Source of the DNA: Planctomycetota bacterium
GTDB taxonomy: Bacteria > Planctomycetota > B15-G4
Length of the DNA: 64,000 nt
Reading direction: 5' to 3'
Assembly: GCA_038212275.1 (NCBI GenBank)
Contig: JBBQUR010000003.1
Coordinates: 64,001-128,000 of the forward strand
Shown here in pieces: positions 9,132-18,621 of this stretch. Numbering within the stretch: position 1 is the stretch's first letter; every line of letters begins with the position of its first letter. The position numbers and the translations under genes were made by a program. The notes under the pieces were generated by a model that did not search any database, was not told the DNA's origin, and saw nothing but the letters and a program-made list of their open reading frames with translations.

Positions 9132-10400
9132 TCAGATCCCCGGCGCGCAACGGGCGGGGACTGCGCCCGGCGGGCGGGGCGGGTTGCCGGGCGCGCCCTC
9201 CGGAGTCTCGCCGGCGGGCGTGTCGACGGCGGGCTCCGCGGGGTGCTTCACATGCCATGTGTAGACAGTGAGCCAGCGCTTCTCGCCGGTGAAGTCCTCC
9301 GGTTTGAGGCGGCCGCCGAATGCGCGCGCCAGTGTCCGCAGCGGATCGACCGGCTTCTGCTCGAGCGCCCAGCTGATCCAGGCCTTGTCCAGCGCGTCCA
9401 TGTCGAGGCCCTTGAAGACCTTGGTCGTGGACTTCTGGAAGTTCTTGCTGTCCTTGAAGTCCTTGATGAACTTCGGGATCAGCTCGCGGAAGGCCGGCGT
9501 CTCGTTGTGCATCAGGAACTGCACCATCGACCAGCCCTGCGCGTAGTAGACGCCGGGATTCGCGTAGTACTCCTCCTGGGCGAAGCCGAGCAGCTTCTGG
9601 AAGCTGACGGCCGCGCCGTCGGTGAAGGCGCGCTGCAGCGTGCGCATGCGGCCCTGGTTGATGTCGCCGAGCCGGTAGCCGCTGGCATCGCCGTGCTGCT
9701 CGTCGCGCGAGGCCATGAAGAAGTAGTCGCCGATGCCTTCATCGATCCACGCCGGCATGGTCACGATGGACGTCGTGTAGAAATGGAAGTACTGATGCCA
9801 GCCCTCGTGCGACAGCACGCGTGCCGTGTCCATCGTGTAGGCATCGGTGATCTCCTCGAAGAGCTCGGCGATCCGCGTCCGCTCTTCCGGCGTGAGGTCC
9901 TTCTCGGCTTCGGGGGTGAGGCCAAGCTGGGCCGGGATGTCGCGCTTGCCGAGGACGACCCCCGTGTCGTAGCCGACGAGCTCACCGGCGCCCTGGCTGT
10001 AGTAGGCGACGGCGCCGCCGTTACCGCCGTAGTCCACGAAGGCCTGCCGGTCCTTGAAGAGCTTGAGCACGAAGCCGTCGAGCTTCCGGTGCGTCGGCAG
10101 GAAGGATCGGTAAAGGTCGAGCATGGACTCGAGGTGGGCGGCGAGGGCCACGGCCTTGTCCTTCCCGCACTGGCTTTGCACCTGGTAGTGATCGGTCTCG
10201 ACGACCACCCAGCCCGGCGGCGCCTTCTTCGGGTTCCACTTGCCGGGACGCACGACCGGATCGCCGAGCGCGCGCGCGGCTTGAGTCGCCAGCAGGAGCA
10301 CCAGCAGCGCCGCGGCAAGACGCGCCACGCTTGCTCGCGACGCGCTCGTTCCGCGCGCGAGTGGCGCGGCTTGCGACGAGGCGTTGCGCGAAGCGTCCAT
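9132..10400 (-). CDS. DUF1570-like zincin metallopeptidase (HEGWH), paralog 1
   Basis: Signal peptide; SHEGWHQY, PAWIDEGIGDY, YAQGWSMVQFL; start may be downstream. Confidence 0.75.
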   Translation of the reverse strand: MDASRNASSQAAPLARGTSASRASVARLAAALLVLLLATQAARALGDPVVRPGKWNPKKAPPGWVVVETDHYQVQSQCGKDKAVALAAHLESMLDLYRSFLPTHRKLDGFVLKLFKDRQAFVDYGGNGGAVAYYSQGAGELVGYDTGVVLGKRDIPAQLGLTPEAEKDLTPEERTRIAELFEEITDAYTMDTARVLSHEGWHQYFHFYTTSIVTMPAWIDEGIGDYFFMASRDEQHGDASGYRLGDINQGRMRTLQRAFTDGAAVSFQKLLGFAQEEYYANPGVYYAQGWSMVQFLMHNETPAFRELIPKFIKDFKDSKNFQKSTTKVFKGLDMDALDKAWISWALEQKPVDPLRTLARAFGGRLKPEDFTGEKRWLTVYTWHVKHPAEPAVDTPAGETPEGAPGNPPRPPGAVPARCAPGI

Positions 10401-10539
10401 GCTATAGTCCGCCGTCCTCTGGCAGCGCAGGGGTGGGCGCCGCCGAGTCGAGCGGGTCCCCTGCGGTGTGTGCGGCCTGCGGGCTGGTTCCCACCGACGC
10501 GCAGCGCGGGGTCAGCATAAGTCTTCCGCCCTGGAATGG

Positions 10540-12747
10540 ATGCCGATGGCGCTTGGTGTTGGTGGCAAGTGGTCCAAGGAACAGAGCAGCGAGCTCTACA
10601 ACCTGTCCGGCTGGGGCAGCCCCTACTTCTCGATCGCGGAGGACGGCGCGGTGCAGGTGCACCCCGCGGGTCCCGGCACGCCGACGGCGTCGCTGCCTGA
10701 CATCATCGCGTCGGCCAAGCGCCAGGGCATGTCCCTGCCGCTGCTGCTGCGCTTCGACGGCATCCTGCGTGAGCGCCTCAAGGTGCTCTCGGGCGCCTTC
10801 CGCAGCGCCGCCGAGGAGTACGGCTTTCCGGGCCGGCACCGGCCGGTCTATCCCATCAAGGTGAACCAGCAGCGGCACGTCGTGGAGACGCTCCTCGAAG
10901 CGGGGCGCGACATCGGCATGGGCCTGGAGGTCGGCAGCAAGCCGGAGCTGCTCGCCGTCGTGGCGCAGCTCGACCGCCCCAGCCTGATGATCTGCAACGG
11001 CTACAAGGACGAGGCCTACATGGAGATGGCCTGTCTCGCGGTGCGCCTCGGGCACGAGGTCGTCGTGGTCATCGAGAAGCCGTCCGAGATCGAGACCTTC
11101 TCGCGTGTCGTCGATCGCGAGGGCCGCAACGCGGCGCCCTTCGTCGGCCTGCGCAGCCGCCTCGCGACACGCGGCAGCGGCCGCTGGGAAAGCTCCTCGG
11201 GCGACCGCGCCAAGTTCGGCCTCTCGGCGGCGCAGCTCGTGGAGGCCGTGGGCTGGCTGCGCGACGTGAACCTTCTGGATCGCGTGCGCCTGCTGCACTT
11301 CCACATCGGCAGCCAGATCACGGCCATCCGGCCGTGGAAGGACGTGCTCAAGGAAGCCGTGCGGCTCTTCGTGGAGCTGCACCGCATGGGCTGCCCGCTG
11401 GACCTGTTCGACGTGGGCGGCGGCCTCGCCGTGGATTACGACGGCAGCCGCACGCGCTTCGACAGCTCGATGAACTACACCGAGCAGGAGTATGCCAACG
11501 ACGTCGTGTGGCACATCCACGATGCATGCACGAAGGCCGGCATCAAGAGCCCGGACATCGTCACGGAGAGCGGCCGCGCGCTCGTGGCGCACCACTCGGT
11601 CATGGCGGTGGAGGTCATCGGCGTGTCGCGGCTCTCGCGCGACGGCGTCATCGAGAAGGCCGGCCGCAACGAGAGCGACATCCTGCAGGAGGTGCGCGAC
11701 AATCTCTCGCGCCTCACGCGCAAGAACATGCTCGAGGTCTATCACGACGCCGTGAGCCTGCGCGAGGAGATGCTCTCGCGCTTCAACCTCGGCCTCGTGG
11801 ACCTTCCCACGCGCGCGCTGTGCGAGAACATCTTCTTCGCCACCTGCGACCGCGTCCTCAGCCTCGTGCGCACCCTGGACTACGTGCCCGACGAGTTCTC
11901 GGGCCTCGAGAAGCAGATCGCCGACACCTACTTCTGCAACTTCTCGGTCTTCCAGTCGGTGCCCGACCACTGGGCCATCCGCCACGTCTTCCCGTGCATG
12001 CCGATCCAGCGCCTCAACGAAGAGCCCACCGTGCGCGCCGTGCTGGGCGACATGACCTGCGACAGCGACGGCAAGATCGACCGCTTCCCGCACCAGCGCG
12101 ACGAGAAGCAGACGCTCGAGGTGCACACGCTGAAGCCCGGCGAGAGCTACGTCGTCGGCATCTTCCTCGTCGGCGCCTACCAGGAAATCCTGGGCGACCT
12201 GCACAACCTCTTCGGCGACACCGACACCGTGCACGTGGACTTCGACGCGGCCGGCAACGTGAAGATCGTGGACCGCCTGCAGGGCGAGCCGGTGGGCAAG
12301 GTGCTCTCCTACGTCGGCTACGACGAGGGCTGGCTGATGGCCCGCTACGACCGCTCGCTCGCCAAGCTGGTGGAGAAGGGCGACCTCACCCAGGCCGAGG
12401 CCGAGGAAGTGCGCGACGACCTCGTGAGCGGCCTGCGCAGCAACACCTACCTCACCGCGCGCTCGGTGCGCGCCGTGCGCCAGGACGACTTCGCGGAAAT
12501 GGACGTGGGCCCGACGGACAGCGGCCCGGCCGGCGGCTCAGGCGCGTCCGGCCCTGCGACAGGCAACGGCCACGTCGGCAACGGCTCCGGCGGGAGCAGT
12601 GCAGGCGCGACCAGCACCGGCGCGACCAGCACCGGTGGCGCGCAGGCAAGCGGCCTCCGCGGCGGCGCGATGGGTCTCGGCGGCACGACGCTGCCCACTC
12701 CGCCGAGCGCACCGCCCGCCGGCTCCCGCGAGCCGGTCGGGCGCTGA
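10540..12747 (+). CDS. speA: Biosynthetic arginine decarboxylase
   Basis: VYPIKVNQQ PLP-lysine motif, GLEVGSKPEL, HFHIGSQI, DVGGGL, TCDSDGKID, GAYQEILGDLHNLFGD; low-complexity C-terminal tail. Confidence 0.96.
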   Translation: MPMALGVGGKWSKEQSSELYNLSGWGSPYFSIAEDGAVQVHPAGPGTPTASLPDIIASAKRQGMSLPLLLRFDGILRERLKVLSGAFRSAAEEYGFPGRHRPVYPIKVNQQRHVVETLLEAGRDIGMGLEVGSKPELLAVVAQLDRPSLMICNGYKDEAYMEMACLAVRLGHEVVVVIEKPSEIETFSRVVDREGRNAAPFVGLRSRLATRGSGRWESSSGDRAKFGLSAAQLVEAVGWLRDVNLLDRVRLLHFHIGSQITAIRPWKDVLKEAVRLFVELHRMGCPLDLFDVGGGLAVDYDGSRTRFDSSMNYTEQEYANDVVWHIHDACTKAGIKSPDIVTESGRALVAHHSVMAVEVIGVSRLSRDGVIEKAGRNESDILQEVRDNLSRLTRKNMLEVYHDAVSLREEMLSRFNLGLVDLPTRALCENIFFATCDRVLSLVRTLDYVPDEFSGLEKQIADTYFCNFSVFQSVPDHWAIRHVFPCMPIQRLNEEPTVRAVLGDMTCDSDGKIDRFPHQRDEKQTLEVHTLKPGESYVVGIFLVGAYQEILGDLHNLFGDTDTVHVDFDAAGNVKIVDRLQGEPVGKVLSYVGYDEGWLMARYDRSLAKLVEKGDLTQAEAEEVRDDLVSGLRSNTYLTARSVRAVRQDDFAEMDVGPTDSGPAGGSGASGPATGNGHVGNGSGGSSAGATSTGATSTGGAQASGLRGGAMGLGGTTLPTPPSAPPAGSREPVGR

Positions 12748-12839
12748 CCGCCTGACGCTGCCGGTCGCCTGCCTCCGGAACGGCCCGGTGGATCCTCCGG
12801 CCTCGATGACCGATCGTGGCTCGCACGGAGAATGCTGCC

Positions 12840-13640
12840 ATGTCCGGCGATGAAGCCCTCGTGCTGCTCGTGTCGGTCCTGCTCGGGCCGCTGGCGTGGG
12901 GCCTGTGGTTCTGGCGACTCTCGGGCCTGGACCGGACTGGCCGCCGTCGCCCCGTGATGGAAAGGCTGCTCGCGGTGCTCGCGGCCTGCGCCGCGGGCCT
13001 GCTGGCCGTGCTGCTCACGCTGGCCGCGCACGACGTGCGCGACTCCTTCGCCTACATCTGCCTGTATCTGCTGCTCGGCTCCGCGTGGTTGCGCATGTCC
13101 GAGCGCTGCCTGCCGTGGTTCGGCTTGAGCGTGCGCGACGACCTCGTCGAGCGCGGCAACGACGTGGTGCTGCCCGCGCTGGCGGGATTCCTCGGCGCGA
13201 TGACGCTGGCCTACGCGGGCGCCAACATCGGCGATGGCCCGGGTTGGTGGGTGGTCGTCGTCTGCGCGGGCCTCGCATCGCTGGCGGTGCTCCTGGCGTG
13301 GGCGGCGCTCGAGTGCTTCGCATCCGTCGCGGAGCAGGTCACGGTGGAGCGCGATCGCGCGGCGGGCTGGCGCCTCGGCGGCTTCCTGCTCGCGTGCGGC
13401 GCCATCGCGGGCCGCGCCGTGGCCGGCGACTGGATCTCCGCCGACGCGACGCTTCGCGACTTCGTCTTCCGCGCATGGCCATTGCTCATGCTGCTCGTCG
13501 CGGCGCTGCTGGTGGAGTTCGCCGCGAGGCCACGACCGGACCGCCTGCGGACGTCCTTCGCCGGGCTGGGCGCACTGCCTGCCTGCGCCTATCTCGCCCT
13601 CGCCGCAAGCGCCATCGCGGCCGAAGGCTGGCCGGCATGA
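12840..13640 (+). CDS. DUF350 (YjfL)-like multi-pass membrane protein
   Basis: About 8 hydrophobic segments; internal duplication DLVERGN / QVTVERD; context upstream of a GSP-synthase-like gene. Confidence 0.6.
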   Translation: MSGDEALVLLVSVLLGPLAWGLWFWRLSGLDRTGRRRPVMERLLAVLAACAAGLLAVLLTLAAHDVRDSFAYICLYLLLGSAWLRMSERCLPWFGLSVRDDLVERGNDVVLPALAGFLGAMTLAYAGANIGDGPGWWVVVVCAGLASLAVLLAWAALECFASVAEQVTVERDRAAGWRLGGFLLACGAIAGRAVAGDWISADATLRDFVFRAWPLLMLLVAALLVEFAARPRPDRLRTSFAGLGALPACAYLALAASAIAAEGWPA

Positions 13641-14974
13641 GTCCGACCGCGACAGCAGACACGGGCGCCTTGCCCGGCGCACCCGCAGAACCGCGCACTG
13701 CAGACGCTGATCCGGCGGCGCTGTTCCTGCCGCCGGACCAGGCTGCCTCCCCGTGGTGCCAGGTGGCGTCGCTCCCTCCGGCGGACTTCGCGCGCATGCG
13801 GCGGCGAGCCATCTTTGAATGCTTCAAGTGGGACCCGCAGGTGCATGACGGCGGCACGTTGTCCGCCGCGCCACTCGTGCTGCGGCGTTCGGCGTGGGAT
13901 GAACTCGTGCCGCTTGCCGAAGCGCTCGCACGCGAACTCGCCGCAGCCGAGGCAGAACTCGTCGGCCGCCCGGACCTGCACCGGCGGCTCGGGCTGCCCG
14001 GTGGCGTGCGGGCCGCGCTCCGCGAGGCCGCGCGGAGCGGCCCGACCACCGGCGCCGCGCGCCTCGTGCGCTTCGACTTTCACCACACCGAGCAGGGCTG
14101 GCGCATCTCGGAAGCCAACTCGGACGTGCCCGGTGGCTTGAACGAGGCCAGCGGCCTGCCCGTGCTCTTCGCGCCGCACCATCCTGGCACCGCGGCCGTC
14201 GGCGATCCGGTGGCGCGCTACGTGGAGGCGCTGCTCGCCGCTGCGGGACCGTCCCCGACGATCGCCTTCGTCCACGCGACGGCGTACAGCGACGACCAGC
14301 AGATGCTCGCCTGCGTGGCGCAGTCGCTGCGTGCAGCCGGCGCGACGACGCACTTCGCCAGCCCCGCGCACCTGCGCTGGCGCGACGGCCGCGCGTGGCT
14401 CGTCGCCGACTGGTGGGAGGGACCGCTCGATCTGGTCGTGCGCTTCTTCCCCGGCGAATGGTTGCCCGGCCTGCCGCGAGGCTGCGGCTGGCGCGGGCTC
14501 TTCGCCGGCGGCCGCACGCCCGTCACCAACCCGGCCACCGCGCTGCTCACGCAGTCCAAGCGATTTCCACTCGTGTGGGATGCGTTGCGCACGGAGCTGC
14601 CTGCGTGGCGCGCGCTGCTGCCCGAGACGCGCGATCCGCGCGACGCGCCGTGGCGCCGCGACGAGAGCTGGGTGCTCAAGCCCGCGCTCGGCCGCGTCGG
14701 CGACGGCATCGGGCTGACCGGAGTCGTGCCGCCGCGCGAGCTGCGCCGCATCCGCCGCGCCGCAACGTGGCATCCGCGCGAGTGGGTCGCGCAGCGACGC
14801 TTCGCATCGCAGCCGCTGCTGCACGAGGGCCTCCCGCGCCACGCCTGCCTCGGCGTCTACACCATCGACGGCCGCGTGGCCGGCGCCTACGGCCGCGTCG
14901 CGACCCGGCCGCTCATCGACGGCGACGCGCAGGACGCCGCCGTGCTCGTCACGGACAGCGTGCTCCGATGGTGA
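13637..14974 (+). CDS. Glutathionylspermidine synthase-like ATP-grasp ligase
   Basis: RFDF, ISEANSDVPGG, QSK, WVLKPALGRVG, VAQ motifs; ATGA overlap. Confidence 0.85.
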   Translation: MSPTATADTGALPGAPAEPRTADADPAALFLPPDQAASPWCQVASLPPADFARMRRRAIFECFKWDPQVHDGGTLSAAPLVLRRSAWDELVPLAEALARELAAAEAELVGRPDLHRRLGLPGGVRAALREAARSGPTTGAARLVRFDFHHTEQGWRISEANSDVPGGLNEASGLPVLFAPHHPGTAAVGDPVARYVEALLAAAGPSPTIAFVHATAYSDDQQMLACVAQSLRAAGATTHFASPAHLRWRDGRAWLVADWWEGPLDLVVRFFPGEWLPGLPRGCGWRGLFAGGRTPVTNPATALLTQSKRFPLVWDALRTELPAWRALLPETRDPRDAPWRRDESWVLKPALGRVGDGIGLTGVVPPRELRRIRRAATWHPREWVAQRRFASQPLLHEGLPRHACLGVYTIDGRVAGAYGRVATRPLIDGDAQDAAVLVTDSVLRW

Positions 14975-15885
14975 ACCTGTCCTGCTACACCGCCTGGGCG
15001 CCCGAGGACGGTCTCTGGTCGCCATGGGTGAAACCGATTCTCTTCGCGCAAATGCCGGACGTCGTGGCCCCGGCGGATGAGCTGCCCGATGAGTCGCCCG
15101 GTGCAATGCCCGGTGCAATGCCCGGCGCGGTGCCCGGCGCGGTGCCAGCCGCGGTGCCAGCCGCGGTGACTGGTACGCCGAGCACGATGCCGAGCGACGG
15201 ACAGCTCGCCGTTGCGAGCACGCCGCCTGCTCCGACGCCTGAAGCCGCGCTGCTCGGCGTGCCGGGCCTGCCGGCGATGTCCTTGCGTGAAGCTCTCGTG
15301 CTGGACCTCCCCGGCGAGGAGAGCATGGACCTCGCCTACGTGTTTGCGCGGCGCGGCTTCCGTCCCGTGCCGCTGTTCAACGGCACGAGCGGCCCGAAGC
15401 CCGTCGTGGACGTGCACCGCATCATGCGCGGCCTGCAGCGCGGTACCGTCGCGCTGCGGGCGCTGCCGCTGCGTCCCGACGCGCCGCCGGCCTTCCTCCT
15501 CGATGCGCTGCGCAACGGCAGCGCGCTCGCCGTGGCGCCCGGCCGCTACGACAATCGCTGGGTCGTGCTCCCGCAGGACATGCCCTCCGGCAGCTTCCTC
15601 GCGCGCCACGGCATCTCGCACGTCACGCTCGTGCGCCGCGGCGGCCTGCAACCCGCTCCGGACCTCGCACACATTCTGCTGCGCTGGCAGGAGGCCGGAC
15701 TTCGTCTCTCCGTCGTGGATCTGGACGGCCGCCTGGCTGCACACGAAGTGAAGGTGGCCCGGCCATCGCGGTTCCGCACGACCTGGTACGCCGCCATCAC
15801 GCTGCTCGGCCTGCGTCGCAACAACATGGGTGGCTTCGGCGCGCCGATCCCGGAGCAGGTCGCGCAGAGCGGCTGGTACGCATGA
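14968..15885 (+). CDS. Conserved hypothetical protein
   Basis: Overlaps upstream stop; globular motifs WSPWVKP, FRPVPLFN, YDNRW, GGFG. Confidence 0.7.
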   Translation: MVNLSCYTAWAPEDGLWSPWVKPILFAQMPDVVAPADELPDESPGAMPGAMPGAVPGAVPAAVPAAVTGTPSTMPSDGQLAVASTPPAPTPEAALLGVPGLPAMSLREALVLDLPGEESMDLAYVFARRGFRPVPLFNGTSGPKPVVDVHRIMRGLQRGTVALRALPLRPDAPPAFLLDALRNGSALAVAPGRYDNRWVVLPQDMPSGSFLARHGISHVTLVRRGGLQPAPDLAHILLRWQEAGLRLSVVDLDGRLAAHEVKVARPSRFRTTWYAAITLLGLRRNNMGGFGAPIPEQVAQSGWYA

Positions 15886-15904
15886 CTCGTGCGACAGCGC
15901 GCGT

Positions 15905-15955
15905 CGGCACGGCGCACCGCGCACCGCGCACGGCGCACGGCGCACGGCGCACGGC
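15905..15955. repeat. Heptamer tandem repeat (GCACSGC)n
   Basis: Read directly from the sequence. Confidence 0.8.
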
Positions 15956-15968
15956 GGCGCGTTGGTGA

Positions 15969-16181
15969 CTAGCCGCCCGGCGCGGGCCAGTTGCGGCGCC
16001 CGAGTTCGGCCGCGAAGGCGCAGGCTGCCCGCAAGTCCTCGCGCGTGAGCTCGGGGAAGTCCGTGAGCAGTTCGTCGGTGCTCAGCCCCGCGGCGAGCTG
16101 GTCGAGCACCTCGAAGATGGTGAGTGGCAGTCCGCGGATGCAGGGCTGCCCCTCACGGGTGCCCGGTTGAACGGTGATCAT
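15969..16181 (-). CDS. DUF433 family (antitoxin-like) protein
   Basis: ITVQPGTREGQPCIRG...LAAGLSTDELLTDFPELTREDLRAACAFAA; GAGGAG upstream. Confidence 0.85.
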   Translation of the reverse strand: MITVQPGTREGQPCIRGLPLTIFEVLDQLAAGLSTDELLTDFPELTREDLRAACAFAAELGRRNWPAPGG

Positions 16182-16480
16182 GCAAGTGACTCCTCGATGC
16201 GGTGGGCGGCGCAGTGCGCTGCGGCTTGCGCCGTGGCGTCGGCACGTTGTGGTCGACGGCTCGAGGTCGCCGGCGTTACGGACGTTGTCGCCGGCCAGCG
16301 GCGTGTGGCGCCCGTGAGCAAAGACCGGCACCGCAGGCGTGCGAGGCCGTCGCGCCGCGGATAGGCTGCAGGCCGCGGGGCAGCTCCGCACGAGACACCC
16401 GTCGGCGGCGCCGCCGCGACGGCGCGGCACACGCACAGCGCAGACTTGACGGAGCAGCGGACATGGACGGCCGTTCGGGC

Positions 16481-17650
16481 ATGCGGCAGCCGGGCGTGGT
16501 CACTCGCGCGAGCGCCGCGCCCGTGAGCGCCACGTCGGAGGTGCTGCGCTCGCTGCCGAAGCTGGACCTGCACTGCCACGTCGATGGGGCGGCGCGGCCC
16601 GGCACGCTGCTCGATCTGGCACGCAGCGCCGGCATCGCGCTGCCGGCGCGCAGCGTCGAGGAGCTGCTGCCGCACGTGCGCGTCGCGCCGGGCAGCCGCT
16701 CGCTGGACGACTTCCTCGCGACCTTCGAGGCCTTCTATCCGGTGCTGCGCACGCCCGGTGCGATGGGGCGGCTGGCCCAGGAACTCGTGGAGGACGCGGC
16801 GGCTGACGGCGTGATCCACCTCGAAGCGCGCTTCTGCCCTGCACTTCAGGCGCACGGTCCGGACCCGGACGCGCGGACTGGACAGCGCGGTGTGGCCGGC
16901 GGTGGCCGCGCCGAGGCATCCGAGCGAGCCGACGCACGGGCCGGGACTGACGCCGCGCGTCGCCGCGCCGAGGATGTGCTGCGCGAGACGCTCGCCGGGC
17001 TTGCCGCCGGCGCGCACACCACGGGCCTGAGCGTCGGCGCCATCGTGTGCTGCTACCGCGGCCTGGGCCTCGCGCAGAACGAGGATCTGGTGCGCCTGGC
17101 GCTCGCGTACGCGGATCGCGGCGTCGTCGGCGTGGATCTCGCGGGACCGGAGCGCTTCTCGGGCGCGCATCTCGCGCCGCTGTTCCGGCGCGTGGCGGAC
17201 GCGGGCCTGCCCATCACGGTGCACGCCGGCGAAGCGGCGGGCCCCGAGTCGGTGCGCGAGGCGCTCGACCTGCTGCACGCGCGCCGCATCGGGCACGGCG
17301 TGGCGGTGGCGCGGGACGCGGAGCTGCAGCGCCGCGTCGCGGACGCAGGCATCGCGCTCGAGTGCTGCCTCACCAGCAATCTGCAGACGGGAGCCGTGCC
17401 GTCGCTCGCAGTCCATCCCTTCGACGCACTGCGCCGCGCGGGCGTCGCGGTCACGCTGAACACCGACGACCCGTCAGTGTGCGGCACCACGCTCTCCGCG
17501 GAGCTGGCGCTGGCGCAGCGCACCTGGGGCGACGATCCCGCCGCGCTTGCCGCGCTGCAGCACGCCTCGGCCGACGCGGCCTTCGTGGAGCCGTCGCGCC
17601 GCGCCGCGCTGCATGCGGCCATCGCCGCGTGGACCGAGGCATCCGGGTGA
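16481..17650 (+). CDS. add: Adenosine deaminase family protein
   Basis: LPKLDLHCHVDG, GVDLAGPE, TVHAGE, RIGHG, LNTDDP; start uncertain (16463/16481/16523). Confidence 0.9.
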   Translation: MRQPGVVTRASAAPVSATSEVLRSLPKLDLHCHVDGAARPGTLLDLARSAGIALPARSVEELLPHVRVAPGSRSLDDFLATFEAFYPVLRTPGAMGRLAQELVEDAAADGVIHLEARFCPALQAHGPDPDARTGQRGVAGGGRAEASERADARAGTDAARRRAEDVLRETLAGLAAGAHTTGLSVGAIVCCYRGLGLAQNEDLVRLALAYADRGVVGVDLAGPERFSGAHLAPLFRRVADAGLPITVHAGEAAGPESVREALDLLHARRIGHGVAVARDAELQRRVADAGIALECCLTSNLQTGAVPSLAVHPFDALRRAGVAVTLNTDDPSVCGTTLSAELALAQRTWGDDPAALAALQHASADAAFVEPSRRAALHAAIAAWTEASG

Positions 17651-17654
17651 TGCG

Positions 17655-17710
17655 GTGATCCGATGCACCGATGCGCCGATGCACCGATGCGCTGATGCGC
17701 TGATGCGCCG
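17655..17710. repeat. Octamer tandem repeat (YGATGCRC)n
   Basis: Read directly from the sequence. Confidence 0.8.
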
Positions 17711-17783
17711 CTTGCCGTAAGGCGTCGGCAGGGCTCGATGTTAAGGTAGGCGTCGCGAAGACCCAAGATTCAAGGAGCCCGTC

Positions 17784-18062
17784 ATGGAACTCTCGGATGT
17801 CCTCATCATCCTGCTGGTCGCAGGCGTCTGCGGCGCGATCGGGCAATCGATCGCCGGCTTTTCGCGCGGCGGCTGCCTGGTCTCCATCGCGCTGGGCTTC
17901 ATCGGCTCGATGCTCGGCGTCTGGATCGCGCGCTCGATGGATCTGCCCGTGCTCTTCGCGCTCGACATCGGCGGCAAGTCCTTCCCGATCGTGTGGTCGA
18001 TCATGGGCGCGGCCCTCTTCGTGGCCGTGCTCGGCCTGGTGTCGGGTCGCAAGAAGGACTGA
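17784..18062 (+). CDS. GlsB/YeaQ/YmgE (transglycosylase-associated) small membrane protein
   Basis: Three Gly-rich TM helices, GFIGS..G, WSIMGA; AAGGAG RBS. Confidence 0.85.
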   Translation: MELSDVLIILLVAGVCGAIGQSIAGFSRGGCLVSIALGFIGSMLGVWIARSMDLPVLFALDIGGKSFPIVWSIMGAALFVAVLGLVSGRKKD

Positions 18063-18179
18063 GCGGCAATCCGACATGGCTTCGGCGCTTCGGCGCTTCC
18101 GCGCCTCGTTTCGTCGGTGGTCCGATGCGCCGTCGAGACCCGGCTGTCCGCGGTTGCCGCAGGCCGTTAGCATCGCGCC

Positions 18180-18524
18180 ATGAACCAGCCGAGCCTCTAT
18201 GTCGATGGCGCGCGCCTGCCGTGGCGCGACACGCCCTGCGCCGGCGTCGCGTGGAAGAAGCTGCACTTCGACGCCGCGAGCGGTCGCTCCGCCGTGCTGC
18301 TGCGCTTTGCGCCCGGCGCGCGCTACGACAGCCACCGGCATCCGCGCGGTGAGGAATACCTCGTGCTGGAAGGCAGCCTGCAGGACGGGGGCAGGAGTTG
18401 GGGTGCGGGCAGCTGGGTCTGTCATGCGCCGGGCTCCGTGCATGCACCCTCCAGCATCGACGGCTGCGTCGTCTTCGTCTCGCTGAGTGCGCCGATCGAG
18501 ATCGTGGGGCCGTCGGCCTCGTGA
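18180..18524 (+). CDS. ChrR-like cupin domain protein
   Basis: LLRFAPG..HRHPRGEEYLVLEGS...APGSVH. Confidence 0.85.
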   Translation: MNQPSLYVDGARLPWRDTPCAGVAWKKLHFDAASGRSAVLLRFAPGARYDSHRHPRGEEYLVLEGSLQDGGRSWGAGSWVCHAPGSVHAPSSIDGCVVFVSLSAPIEIVGPSAS

Positions 18525-18600
18525 GCGCTGTGCTCGCCGTGCTCGCCGTGAACGCCGTGAACGCCGTGAGCGATGTGAGCGATGTGAGCGATGTGAACGC
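18525..18600. repeat. 9-mer tandem repeats (CGCCGTGAA / CGATGTGAG)
   Basis: Read directly from the sequence. Confidence 0.75.
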
Positions 18601-18621
18601 GGCGGGGACGAAGGGCGTGCG

